NCBI GenBank assembly: GCA_963848135.1
Contig: CAWKCK010000017.1
Span: forward strand, 1,086,538-1,150,537
Direction of reading: 5' to 3'
Length of the DNA: 64,000 bases
From: an uncultured delta proteobacterium
GTDB lineage: Bacteria; Desulfobacterota; Desulfobacteria; Desulfobacterales; SG8-13
Shown here: one piece after another, positions 1 to 10,940 of the stretch
How the letters are laid out: every line of letters begins with the position of its first letter
How positions within the stretch are numbered: the stretch's first letter is position 1
Notes under the pieces: generated by a model
What the model was told of the DNA's origin: nothing
The model's database searches: none
The model's input: only the letters and a program-made list of their open reading frames with translations
Translations under genes and position numbers: made by a program

Positions 1-212
1 TGAAAGTCAAACAGGCTCTCACCAGTCGTTTCGGGCTGCCACTCATCCCAGCTTTTTCGATACGATTCCGCACTCTCATACTTCATCGGCGGTAATACAT
101 CATATATTACGACTGATTCAGCATGATTACATAAAATTTTATCTTTCTTACCAATTTTCGTATTGTGTGCCCATTGCTCCAATAATCTTTGAATCGCAAC
201 TTTATCATTCAT
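1..212 (-). CDS. NTF2/SnoaL-like (YybH-type) protein, 5' part; runs off the window
   Basis: Not in ORF track. Manual translation MNDKVAIQRLLEQWAHNTKIGKKDKILCNHAESVVIYDVLPPMKYESAESYRKSWDEW... is open to the window edge and fits the YybH-type pattern. Confidence 0.65.
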   Translation of the reverse strand, partial: MNDKVAIQRLLEQWAHNTKIGKKDKILCNHAESVVIYDVLPPMKYESAESYRKSWDEWQPETTGESLFDF

Positions 213-218
213 TTTAAT

Positions 219-319
219 TATTTAAGTCATCTTTCCAGTAGTCACCGGCGCCTCCAATAAAAATCCTTGGAAGGATGGCGGTAAATTAGCAAGCGGTATC
301 TTGTATCGATTGAAATGGA
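219..319 (-). pseudogene. Internally deleted remnant of a metallophosphoesterase gene (paralog of 50264-51100)
   Basis: 219-267 matches ~50587-50635 and ~262-319 matches ~50952-51009; the pieces join at AATCC. Confidence 0.75.
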
Positions 320-467
320 ACGGCCCGGACTGCGTGACAAAGGAGCTTGATTCCATATGGTTTATGCACTTATAAAGGATAATGATGGGAATTTCTGATT
401 CAGAATATTTCGTTACCCATTTTGCTTAATAACACCACAGAGCTGACCTGATGAAAAGGTTCGACGG

Positions 468-1427
468 TTGCAGAAGGCGTGCATTATGAGATGCCTGTTT
501 AAGATTTTGCTGTTCAGCCTATTATTTTATTTTATTGGTGGGACTGTTTTTACCGGAACGCAAATGCCTACCCAGGCATATGATTCGGGCAATTCACATT
601 CCAAGATCCAATTTTACATCGCAAGTTTTAATCTCGGCGCATTTGACCTTGCAGATACAGACACCTTGATTCCATTGGCTGACATCATTTCACGATTTGA
701 GATTGTCGCTCTTCAAAATATCCCGGCTGAGGTTGCAGATTCCGCTTTAAATGATTTGGTTGATAAAATTAATGCATATGGCCACCAATACGATTACTTG
801 GCTGATTCTATTTTTCAAGTTGATATGCCCAGATTTGCGTACATATACCGTACAGACATCGTGTATCCCCTTCAATGGTATACCTATTCCGGAAACCAGT
901 TGGATGAATTTTATCAAGCCCCCTTTATTGCCAGATTCGAACACAATGATGGCGATTTTGATGTCACGCTCATCAACTATTACGAAAACCTAAAATGGGC
1001 GCCAGACGAATTGGACTTTTTGCAGAAGGTCATAAATGACGTTAAGGAAAATATTCCAGACGAATCCGATATAATCGCTTTAGGACCCGCTTATACTGAC
1101 TGCGAACGTCCCGCATCTCACGAATCCCTGAAAAGCCTGAACCAGAACGACCTCATCTGCCTCATCAATTACGGAGAGGCGCACAACCAATTTAGTGAAT
1201 CCCCCACCAACCCCCAAATAATCATAGCCGCCTATTCTGATGCGCTTTTTTGGGAGGAAGGTGAGTTGTTAAGGACTGAAGATACTGACGCAATCTTGAA
1301 TGAGGCGATTTCATCACCGGCGAGCCCGCCGGGATTTAGTGGTGTCATCGTCGTAAAAGCTGATGATGAAACAAAAAATGACACAGAAACAAAGGGATTT
1401 TGTTTCTTCAAAACTGCATCCAACTAA
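468..1427 (+). CDS. Exported DNase I-like (EEP fold) protein with degenerate active site and CFI-box-like C-terminus
   Basis: N-terminal hydrophobic segment; IASFN, EIVALQ, FAYIYR and PFIARF motifs; ends KGFCFFKTASN. True start may be the ATG at 486. Confidence 0.6.
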   Translation: MQKACIMRCLFKILLFSLLFYFIGGTVFTGTQMPTQAYDSGNSHSKIQFYIASFNLGAFDLADTDTLIPLADIISRFEIVALQNIPAEVADSALNDLVDKINAYGHQYDYLADSIFQVDMPRFAYIYRTDIVYPLQWYTYSGNQLDEFYQAPFIARFEHNDGDFDVTLINYYENLKWAPDELDFLQKVINDVKENIPDESDIIALGPAYTDCERPASHESLKSLNQNDLICLINYGEAHNQFSESPTNPQIIIAAYSDALFWEEGELLRTEDTDAILNEAISSPASPPGFSGVIVVKADDETKNDTETKGFCFFKTASN

Positions 1428-1478
1428 TGCTCTGACTCGGATCGGTCGAGGGGTAATCTGGCAAATCCTTTCAATGAC

Positions 1479-3125
1479 TTACCAGTCCGGCCATTGCCAA
1501 TCCCGGCGATCCTTTTCGTCAGCAGGCAATTCAAGTCCTTCCGGATCCAGCAGTCCGCCCCAACTGGTGCGTTCTATCATTTCGTTTCTGTTTTCAGCTG
1601 AAAGGATTTCTTCTCCCTCCCTGACTTGCCAACCGCCTCCCAGCGCCTTGTAGGTGGCCACAAGGTTGGTGCCCACCTGGCCGCTGACTACTGTCAGACG
1701 ATCAGACTGATTGGCCAGAAAACGCTGGGAATCCAAGACTCTTTGATAGTCGACGAGTCCCTCTCTATATTGCAGCAAAGATAAAACTACCGAACGTTCG
1801 GCTGCGCTGACACTTTCCTTAAGAAACCGTTCTTCTTCCCTGGAGCGTGTATAGGCCACCATCGCATCTTCGACTTCTCGTTGGGCGTTTAAGACCGTAT
1901 TTTTGTAAGTGACCACAAGCTGTTGAAAGCGGGCGTCTTCTACTCGCACGCTGTTTCTGATGCGCCCGTAATTAAGAATATCCCAGTTGAAACCGGGTCC
2001 GGCGTTCCAGAACAAACTTTTATAACTGAATATGTCACCCAACGCATTCTGCCCGGATACCGAAGTTGCGTCTGTAGACCGCCATCCAATATTTCCAAAT
2101 AGGAAAAATTGAGGGTATAGGTCTGCTTTGGCAATTCCGATCTGAGGGCTTTGGGTGGCGACTCGCAACTCAGCAAGACGGATGTCCGGTCGACGTCTGA
2201 GAAGATTGTTGGGAATGTCAATAATAACTGTCTCTGCTGCTACCGGAATATCCATCGGTCCATTTAGAAGATCCTTCAGCTCCCCTGGCAACACACCCAG
2301 CAAAATGGCCAGAGCGTTTTGGGCTTGACGCAAGCTGGATTCCAACCGGGGAATCAGGGCTTGGGTGTCAGTCAACAATGATTTGGCCTGGGCCACATCG
2401 AGCTCCGAAACGGCACCCTCTGTAAATCGGACGTTGACAATCCGTAGAGATCGCTCTTGCATCTTAACATTTTCCTCGGCGATAACCAGACGTCTCTCCA
2501 ACGTGCGTATCACGATATACGTGCGTGCGACTTCAGCCGTCAGAGATACGAGAACGTTGTCATAACTGGCAACAGTCGCCTCCAGGTTGGCGACGCCGGA
2601 TTGCACCGAACGACGAAACTTGCCCCAAATATCCAACTCCCATGTCGCATCGAACCCAAGCCTCAGGGCATTAAATTGACTATCGATAAAGGGGGTCTCG
2701 GTACTTGTGCTTAGTTTGTTGGTTGTCAGAGCTCCAGAAGCCGATTGCTGCTGAGGGTACAAGTAGCCCACCGCAATACCCAATTGCGCACGCGCCTCAT
2801 AAATACGGATGCCGGCGACCTGCAGGGAAAGGTTCTGCTGGTAGGCTTTTTCAATTAAATTGTCGAGTACAGGATCTTCGAACGCACGCCACCAGGTACT
2901 GTAATCGGTCTGTCCCACACTCAAACCTGGTGCTCCTTTCTCCTTCCATTCGTCCAGCAACGGCGCCTCAGGCTTTACGAGATCCGGCCCGACCATGGTG
3001 CAGCCACCCATGATCAACACAATCGCTGCCCATGCCAGCATCCAATGCCTCAATGGCTTGATCTGTCTTGCGGCGCGCGCCATCTGGTAAGAATTGGTTA
3101 CAACAAATCCTTCGCCGGTATACAT
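1479..3125 (-). CDS. Efflux outer-membrane lipoprotein (NodT/OprM family)
   Basis: Lipobox GGC, WELDIWG, LLRRRPDI, YKALGGGW; start placed at the ATG with AGGGGAG RBS. Confidence 0.9.
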   Translation of the reverse strand: MYTGEGFVVTNSYQMARAARQIKPLRHWMLAWAAIVLIMGGCTMVGPDLVKPEAPLLDEWKEKGAPGLSVGQTDYSTWWRAFEDPVLDNLIEKAYQQNLSLQVAGIRIYEARAQLGIAVGYLYPQQQSASGALTTNKLSTSTETPFIDSQFNALRLGFDATWELDIWGKFRRSVQSGVANLEATVASYDNVLVSLTAEVARTYIVIRTLERRLVIAEENVKMQERSLRIVNVRFTEGAVSELDVAQAKSLLTDTQALIPRLESSLRQAQNALAILLGVLPGELKDLLNGPMDIPVAAETVIIDIPNNLLRRRPDIRLAELRVATQSPQIGIAKADLYPQFFLFGNIGWRSTDATSVSGQNALGDIFSYKSLFWNAGPGFNWDILNYGRIRNSVRVEDARFQQLVVTYKNTVLNAQREVEDAMVAYTRSREEERFLKESVSAAERSVVLSLLQYREGLVDYQRVLDSQRFLANQSDRLTVVSGQVGTNLVATYKALGGGWQVREGEEILSAENRNEMIERTSWGGLLDPEGLELPADEKDRRDWQWPDW

Positions 3126-3227
3126 AATTCTTTCCCCTCTATAACCCTTGCTGATCCTGAGTGGTGTGTGAGCCCATCGTAACCCTGCGAATAACCCGGA
3201 TATGATCAATATGTGTTGTTATAGGGT

Positions 3228-6200
3228 TTAGCCAGGCACATTATTTGCGGGAAGTTTGACCCGAAAAAAGACGCTGTAGAGTGCCGGAACATAGTTCAGT
3301 GTAAACAAACTGCCGATACCCAGGCCGAAAAACATGATGCATGCCATGCCGTAAAAAAGCGGATCATGATTGATGATCAGTGGCGTGAAGCCAAGCATAG
3401 TTGTAGAAACCGAAAGCAAGATCGGCCGGAATCGGCTGACGGCCGAATTGACAACCGCATCATAGGGCGTTTGTCCCTCGCGCCGGTTTTCTTCGATTTT
3501 ATCGATCATCACAATCCCGTTGTTCACAATGGATCCGGCCAGAGCCAAAAGTCCGAGGATGACCATAAAGCCAAAATCGGCCTGCATCACCAGCAGGCCG
3601 ACTACTGACCCGACAATGACCAGCGGCATCGTTAAGATAATAATGGCGGCCCGCCGGATGGAGTTAAACTGCCACACCAGCAAAAAAACGATGCCGCCAA
3701 AACATGGCAGCATCCATTTCACTAAATTTCTCTGGGCCTTGGCCGAGTCCTCGAGTTCGCCCCCCACCGCCCAGTGGTGGTTATTCGGAAATTCCATCCC
3801 ATTCAGGGTCGGCTTGAGGGCCGCAAACATCTCAGAAGCCTTCAACACCTGGTTTTTGGCGCTGACGGTTATGGTGCGCTCCTGATTGTAGCGCATGATG
3901 CGGTTCAACTCGCCCACGGCATACACATCGGCAACCTGGCTGACCGGCACGCTGCCACCGGATGATGTCCGGATGCCGAGCGTGCGCAGGCTGTCAGGGG
4001 AATCCCTTTCATCCTCGACCCCACGCGCGACGATGGGAATCTGAACATTGCCCTGATGATAACTAGTGGTTGTCGTACCGTCGATAAAAAACTCCAGGGT
4101 ATCGGCAACATCCTTTGATGTCACCCCGACACGGCGAGCGCGGTTCTGATCGACATCCGCCTTGACCGTCAACACCCGGTTGTTCCAATCCTGTTTGATA
4201 TCCTTGGTGCCGGGAATTTTTCGAAACGCCGCCATCAACTGTTCGGCATGCTCTTGCAGCACCCCCGTATCAGGACCGCTGAGCCGGATTTCCATCAAGC
4301 CGGTTTCACTGGCGCCAAGCCACATGGCCTTGACCCTGCCGCGAACATTCGGAAAATGATTTACCAGGTATTGGCCCGTGCGTTGGACGAGTTCGGGCAC
4401 CTCTTTGTTTGTCTGGGTGTTGACGATTAAAAACCCGACGAATGGATCCGGATCCACCGGTGATAGGGAAAGGAAAAATCGTGGTCCACCGTTCCCCACG
4501 TAAGCAATCGTTCCGGTGATTTCCGGATTTTCCTTTTTGTCCTGCAGCCAGGCGCTGAGCTCTCTTACGGTCCGGTCGGTCTCCTCGATGCTCGTTCCAG
4601 CGGGAAGATCGAGATAAATCAAAAACTGATTTCTATCCCCGCTCGGGAAAAAAGCCTGCGGTATAAACGTTGCCGCATAGAGTGCTAAAGCAAACACACC
4701 ACCCGTAAAAACCAGCACCAGAGTCCGATAGCGCAGAGATATTTCCAGTATCCGGCGATAAATCCGATAAAATTTCCCCTGATACGGATCGCTTTCCTGC
4801 TTTTTATCACCGTCACCGGCCGGTTTTGTCTTTAAAAACCAGTAGCACATGCTGGTGGAGGAAAACATGGAGAAGAACCACGAGCCCATGAGCAGAATGA
4901 TCATTACCGAACCCAACGAGGAGGTGTAGTCACCCGTTGATCCGATTTGAAGCAGAATCGGCCCGAAGGCGAAAACAGTGGTCAGCGTGCTGGTCAGCAG
5001 GGGGACCGCAAGGGAGTTACCGGTTTTTAAAACAGCATCCTTGCGTGCCATTCCCGTTTCCAGATTCACTTTAATGTCATCGGATACCACAATGGCGTTA
5101 TCCACGAACATGCCCAGTGCAATAATCATCGTGGCCAGGGACATCCGTTCCATATCGATCCCCAGCGCGGACATCACTAAAAGACCGAAGAGCATGACCA
5201 GGGGGATGAAAGAGCCGACAATCAATCCGGTTCTAAGCCCCAGGAGCAGCATGACCACCACCAGAACGATGGCCACGCTTTCAATCACATTGATCACCAT
5301 GCCGCTGACGGCTTTTTTTATGAGTTTGGGCTGGTAGGTGGCAAACTCGAGCACATAGCCCCAGGGAAGGGATCGCTCTATCTCTTGGACTTCTTTCTTC
5401 AGTCGCTCGCCGAACTCGACCGCATCGACACCTTTGAGGATGAATATGCTTAAAACGATGGACTGATGGCCATTGTAGTAGGCCGGGTTGTGGATCGGCT
5501 CCACGTATGCTTTTCTAATTGTTGCGATGTCGCGGAGTGGAATCGTGGCCTGGGTTCCGGAGATCGGGATCAGGACTTCTCCGATCTCCCCTATGGACTT
5601 GAACCGACCCTGAGTTTCCACGATGATTTCCACATCGTCAACGTCTATTCTGCCGCCGGGTAAAAGTATGTTTTGCTCCCGCAGACTTTGCCCGATAACA
5701 GTGATATCGATTCCCAGTTGTGCAATCTTGGCGTTTGACACCTCCAGATAGATGCGTTCATCCTGCACACCGGTGAAATCGACCTTCTGGATTCCCTTCA
5801 TCAGGTTGAGACGTTCTCTGATTTGACGGGCGGTTTCATGCATTTCCGCCATGCTGAATCCATCGCTCCATAGCGCGATGGTGGCCACTGACGTGTCACC
5901 GAACGTATCGTTGACCATCGGCCCGATGGTGCCTTCCGGCAACTCGGGTTTGACATCATCCATCCTGTTTCGCAGCAGTTTCCATGTCGCCGGAAGCTGT
6001 TCGGAAGGTACTTCATCTTTGATGGTTACATGGATCAAGGATTCGCCGACTTTGGATGTTGAATCCTTGATCTCATCCACCTCACCCATGCTCCGGATTT
6101 CCTCTTCGATAGGCCGGGTAATCAGGCGTTCGACTTGCTCCACCGGCATACCGGGATATTTTGCCACCACCACCGCTTCACGAATCGTTATTAAGGGGTC

Positions 6201-6311
6201 TTCCAGTTTCGGAAGGCCTATAAACGCATATACTCCTCCTACAATTACCAACACTATGGTCATGATAACGGTTCGCGAATTATTCAGCGCAAATCCGGTG
6301 ATACCTTTCAT
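3228..6311 (-). CDS. RND permease (AcrB/AcrD/AcrF family)
   Basis: ~1027 aa; GMFVDNAIVV, RFRPILL; two TM repeats with large periplasmic loops. Confidence 0.95.
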   Translation of the reverse strand: MKGITGFALNNSRTVIMTIVLVIVGGVYAFIGLPKLEDPLITIREAVVVAKYPGMPVEQVERLITRPIEEEIRSMGEVDEIKDSTSKVGESLIHVTIKDEVPSEQLPATWKLLRNRMDDVKPELPEGTIGPMVNDTFGDTSVATIALWSDGFSMAEMHETARQIRERLNLMKGIQKVDFTGVQDERIYLEVSNAKIAQLGIDITVIGQSLREQNILLPGGRIDVDDVEIIVETQGRFKSIGEIGEVLIPISGTQATIPLRDIATIRKAYVEPIHNPAYYNGHQSIVLSIFILKGVDAVEFGERLKKEVQEIERSLPWGYVLEFATYQPKLIKKAVSGMVINVIESVAIVLVVVMLLLGLRTGLIVGSFIPLVMLFGLLVMSALGIDMERMSLATMIIALGMFVDNAIVVSDDIKVNLETGMARKDAVLKTGNSLAVPLLTSTLTTVFAFGPILLQIGSTGDYTSSLGSVMIILLMGSWFFSMFSSTSMCYWFLKTKPAGDGDKKQESDPYQGKFYRIYRRILEISLRYRTLVLVFTGGVFALALYAATFIPQAFFPSGDRNQFLIYLDLPAGTSIEETDRTVRELSAWLQDKKENPEITGTIAYVGNGGPRFFLSLSPVDPDPFVGFLIVNTQTNKEVPELVQRTGQYLVNHFPNVRGRVKAMWLGASETGLMEIRLSGPDTGVLQEHAEQLMAAFRKIPGTKDIKQDWNNRVLTVKADVDQNRARRVGVTSKDVADTLEFFIDGTTTTSYHQGNVQIPIVARGVEDERDSPDSLRTLGIRTSSGGSVPVSQVADVYAVGELNRIMRYNQERTITVSAKNQVLKASEMFAALKPTLNGMEFPNNHHWAVGGELEDSAKAQRNLVKWMLPCFGGIVFLLVWQFNSIRRAAIIILTMPLVIVGSVVGLLVMQADFGFMVILGLLALAGSIVNNGIVMIDKIEENRREGQTPYDAVVNSAVSRFRPILLSVSTTMLGFTPLIINHDPLFYGMACIMFFGLGIGSLFTLNYVPALYSVFFRVKLPANNVPG

Positions 6312-6456
6312 TATCAATTCCTTTTTCCCCAAGGGTGATGAAGATTACACAGACATCGCAAAAATTATTCTCTGCAGGATGGACGAGACATCAAATACGG
6401 GCGGATTCAGGGAGTAATAATGTATTGGCTGATACCTGAATACTGACATCTGCCCC

Positions 6457-7545
6457 TTACTGTTTCATCAGTTTCACTTTCATTCCATCGGCTAAAAAAC
6501 TGACACCGGCCACGGCAATGACGTCCCCAGCCGCAAGACCATCATCAGTGACAGCCTTTGTTTGTTCTATGTTGCGGAAGCGGACCGGCGTTTTTTTGAC
6601 TATCGATGTCTGGGGATCATATACAAAGACATACCCCTGGTTCGCTTCCGTGGCAGGTAAGATTGCCTGAAGCGGTACCTTATATCCCGGCATCTGGTTT
6701 TTTTCTTTTACAATTAGATTTGCTTCAGCAGTCATGCCGGGTTTGACTTTTTTGTCCGGATCCTTCAGCTCCACTTTGACCGGAAAAGCGTTGGCTTCCA
6801 CAGCGGCGGAACCGATGTATGAAATACGGCCTTTTGCCGATTCGCCCGGCAGCGTGGAAAAGGTGATCGTCGCTGCATCATCGATGTTGATCCGGTCGAC
6901 GGCAGTCTCCGGTACGGCCAACTGTACCTCCATTTTCCCGGAAGCATCAATTTCAAACACTTTCTGACCGACTTGCACCTCCTCGTGTGGCTGCACCGAC
7001 CGCAGGGCTATGGTGCCTTCGTAAGGAGAGAGCAGCTTCGTTTTACGCACGTTACGCTTGGCAAGATCCAATCTTGCCAGCTGAAAATTAACCGCGCTTT
7101 TGGCAGCCTTGTAATTATATTCTGAAACATCCACATAACTTTCTGCTCCCGCACCCTGTTCGTATATCCGCTTATGCCGCTCGTACTGCGATTTTGATTT
7201 GGCGACATTGTCCCTGGCCTTTACAAGTTCAGCCTTGACCGAATCCACCTCCAACTGGTAGGGCTCCGGATCAAGAACAGCGAGCACTTGTCCTTTTTCT
7301 ACCTGATCTCCGATGTCGACTTTCACCGACTCCACCTGCCCTCCGACCTGAAAACTGAGGTCGGAGGAATCGACCGCGGCGACAAGCCCGGAAAACTTGA
7401 GTATCTGTTCGACCGCTTGTTCACTGACGGTCATTGTCTTGATCGCCCGGACCACTGCAATAACTTCAGCTTTTTCTTTGCAGGCCGTCAGGGCAATCGA
7501 TAGGCAAAGCAGCCAGACCATCCGCTTTAACATCTGTTTTGGCAT
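6457..7545 (-). CDS. RND periplasmic adaptor (MFP) lipoprotein
   Basis: LTAC lipobox, lipoyl-like LSFQVGG...VDIGDQVEKGQVLA, PGMTAE. Confidence 0.92.
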   Translation of the reverse strand: MPKQMLKRMVWLLCLSIALTACKEKAEVIAVVRAIKTMTVSEQAVEQILKFSGLVAAVDSSDLSFQVGGQVESVKVDIGDQVEKGQVLAVLDPEPYQLEVDSVKAELVKARDNVAKSKSQYERHKRIYEQGAGAESYVDVSEYNYKAAKSAVNFQLARLDLAKRNVRKTKLLSPYEGTIALRSVQPHEEVQVGQKVFEIDASGKMEVQLAVPETAVDRINIDDAATITFSTLPGESAKGRISYIGSAAVEANAFPVKVELKDPDKKVKPGMTAEANLIVKEKNQMPGYKVPLQAILPATEANQGYVFVYDPQTSIVKKTPVRFRNIEQTKAVTDDGLAAGDVIAVAGVSFLADGMKVKLMKQ

Positions 7546-7953
7546 ATTAAACCTCATTCTTGGCAGTAATTTTTGTTATTGGGTTTAGAGGTAAAAATGA
7601 ATGTAATCCTTTTATTCATGAAATTGGAAAAACAATTGAAATTGATTTGGTCGTTTAGATCGAGCACACACGTCTTGTACCACCAGCGACAGGCCGCTTT
7701 CAGTGGGATACACGGACACCAGCTCATCATCTTTCCCAATCTCTTTTATCAGCGAATCACGCAGTTTTCAAGCGATCCGACGTTTTGATTGATTGTCATT
7801 TAATCGCTTGACGATCAATGCAACGGTTTCGTCCGGCCGCCTTCGCGAAATTGCCGACGAAGATGCTTGTTTCAGAGGCGGGATAAATGGTCGTAAAGAT
7901 CTTGGAAGCCGGCCTGGTCGGATGCAAAAGCCCGCAGCCGGGCGTCATCAGGC

Positions 7954-8250
7954 TCAATCCTTCGTCCCGATAGCCACCTCTTCCACCTTTTCCCACGTGC
8001 TGTCAGGGTTAAAGAACGTCATGGCCTGCGCCGCTATCTCGGTGTTCTGCCCCAAGTCCTTTTGGTAAACCACTCCCTCGTGATTCACGATAAAGGTCAT
8101 GATGCCTGTAGACGCATACGTGGCAGGATAAGCCACCACGGCAAATCCTCCGATCATCTTTCTATTTACCATGTAGTCGTAGGCGCCACCCGGAGTATCC
8201 TTCCCTTGCTCTTTAAAAATCCTGTAATAATACCCGTGATAAGGAATGGG
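7954..8250 (-). pseudogene. 3' fragment of a DUF2950 gene
   Basis: Closely similar to 18770-19045 (PIPYHGYYYRI...VAYPATYASTGIMTFIVNHEG); 5' two-thirds absent. Confidence 0.85.
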
Positions 8251-8280
8251 ATGACCACGAGTCGATCCAACCCACCCAAA

Positions 8281-9275
8281 CTACTCTCCCATTATGAAAC
8301 CCGGTGGAGTTTTGACCCATGAATACCCTTTAATTGCCATCTGGAACCCCAATTCATAGAGTTTACCCATGTACACCGGGTCGAACCCTTCCTTCGGCGA
8401 TTCGGTAAACTCTGCCGGGATGTACGCCAGGTTGAAGTCGTTGCCATCACGTTGGCACAGGGTATAGATCTGATAGAGGTCACCGATCCCCTGTGTCCTG
8501 ATCAACGAGTCTATCGAGCGGTTCGCAATCGGCACCAGACTTCGATTGATACCCTTGTAGTCCGTTCCTATAAATGAGTTCCTGATCACATAAACCTTGG
8601 GATCACCTTGCACCTTGAGTTTTTTCGTAATACGCTTCCAATCTATGGCTGCCGGGTAGACGAAGACCTGGGATCCTGTGCCCCCATCAACGTGCAACTC
8701 TTCATATTGCCTGCCATTGTTCTCAACAGTTATGGCAATCGGTGGAAAAATGACCGGAATTGCCGCCGAGGCCCTAAGAATCTCGTGGATCAACTCCAAT
8801 TTGTGTGGATGATCGCTTGCGGCGATGGCCCCGATATTCCAGATCACGGAACGTCCGGCATCGAGATTGACCGTACCGACGAACAGACGAGGGCCGCGCT
8901 GGTGTTCCCTCCCTATCGCTCTGACAATGTCGATCGTAATATACTTGGCGATCATAGCCTTCAGGGGCGTTGTGTCGGTCATCGAGTCACCGAAAAGAGA
9001 ACTGAGAAGTTTTCGTTCTTTCAGGACATCCTTGGTTGAAGTGGTTGTGTAGACCAACTTGAGTTTGTCATCATAGTCCGGTCCAAGAAAAGCAAAAGGT
9101 GCCGTCAGTGCGCCGGTGGTGATTCCGGTCACCATGGTAAACTCAGGACGATTGCCGTATGCCGTCCACCCCACAAGGAGTCCGGCACCAAAGGCGCCAT
9201 TTGGACCACCGCCCGAAATTGCCAGGTAGTTGTGCGGTTTTTCGTAGATCCCATCAAAATGTTTCCGAAAATCAA
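8281..9275 (-). pseudogene. Patatin-like phospholipase, 5'-truncated
   Basis: HNYLAISGGGPNGAFGAG lies upstream of the tracked ORF; upstream in-frame stop, no start or signal peptide; nucleophile motif GITTG versus GISTG in the intact paralog. Confidence 0.8.
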
Positions 9276-9491
9276 ATCAGCCGAAATCAGATATAGAGAT
9301 AATAAGCAAAAAAGGCACTTCCTCTGGATCCTGTGATATCAAGAAATATCACAACCTGTCCCAAATTTCAGATTAGAAATCACAAAAATATTAGAACCCA
9401 TCTCAAGAAAGCCGAAGTATTATTATAGTGCAAGCAAGTTTAACCATTCCGAGGTAATTCTCTACCCACTAGTTCGGAGGCGAATACCCAG

Positions 9492-10841
9492 TCATGGGAA
9501 ACGCAGACCGTTCGGCCCTTCACACGCCTGTAAGCCCTCGCTTGGTGGTAAGGACCGGGATGCGGCATACCAGGGATATTCCCATTTGTCCGGCATCGAG
9601 ATCACGTCCGCATTGACCATGTGCCCCCAGCGATCGTTGCGGACGGAACGCTGATTCGCTTTGTACGGCTGAATGCCGTGCTGTTTGAGCCACCGGCCGA
9701 CGTCATAGAAATAGAACTGTTTGGACCAGAGCATCCCGGCCAGAGCCTGCCGCATGACACCGGCCGTGTCGGGGTTAACCGAGGCAGGAATGACGGTCGC
9801 ATAGAACTCGTCGGCTTCCTGCAGCCGGGCCACAAAGATCTCATCAAAACCCTTGCCGAAGGGATTTCCGGACATCAATGTGTCGCTGAGTCGCAGGCGA
9901 ATCGTGCGGGACTCTCCGGCCCCCAGCGTGAGCAGATAATGGGCCGAGACTTTGGTCCCTGTATTTTCGGGATTGACCGCATCTTTGTTGCCATAAACAA
10001 TAAAGTTATCGATGCCGTCTTTTACGTATGGGTAAGTATTCGGCGTGCCGTCCAGCCGCTCCGTATTGGTTTCATTCTCCGTGAAAAGGAGCGCCGACGC
10101 GCTTTCCGCGTAAAAGAAGCGCTCCCCGAGTTCTCGATGCGAGAGCGCGACGATTCCACCGGTTTCATCCTGAGCAGTCTGACGAAGGATGGGGCGGGCG
10201 ATATCCTCCCCCCACGACCAGTCATTGCGAAACCAGAGGGTGGGTAGGACCTGGAGCGCCGCCGGTTCCGGGCCACGGTTATGAGCGGTGACCTGAATGA
10301 GGATATCCTCGGGCGACGCTTTGGTGTATTCCACGAAAACATCAAAATAGCGGTCTTGGTCAAACACGCCCGTGTCGAGCAGCTCATATTCGGGGTTGCC
10401 TCGGCCGCGGTCGCGGTTCGTCGCGACCAGATTGTCATACGGGAAGGCCGCCTGAGGGTATTTGTAGAGGTACTTCATGTACGAGTGGGTCGGTGTCGAA
10501 TCGAGATAGAAATAGCATTCCTTCACATCTTCACCGTGATTTCCCTCGCTGTTGCTCAACCCGAACAGACGTTCTTTCAGGATCGGATCTTTTCCGTTCC
10601 ACAGCGCCAGCGCGAAGCAGAGGCGCTGATGGTCATCGGAAATTCCGGCGAGGCCGTCTTCGCCCCAACGGTAAGACCGCGAACGGGCCTGGTCATGGGG
10701 GAAGTAATTCCAGGCATCTCCGCTTTCGCTGTAGTCCTCACGCACGGTTCCCCACTGGCGTTCGCTCAGGTAAGGTCCCCACTTCTTCCAGGGAGTTTTC
10801 TTCGTTCGGGCTTCTTCGAGACGGGATTGTTCGGCATTCAT
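9492..10841 (-). pseudogene. GH63/MGH1-like glucosidase, 3'-truncated
   Basis: WKKWGPYLSERQWGTVREDYS...MPDKWEYPWYAA, then unrelated sequence from ~9560; the catalytic C-terminal half is missing. Confidence 0.8.
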
Positions 10842-10940
10842 CGATCGTCCTCCTTTGCTGGCCCCTTCGGGCCTGTCGGATAACGGCGCATAGATTGTGG
10901 GCATGGGATACCGGCCCTATGCCCGAAACAGGGATTTCTG

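Noticed and set aside
9391..9410. IS terminal repeat (TAGAACCCATCTCAAG) at the GH63 truncation
   Set aside because: No partner repeat or transposase found; too short to support.
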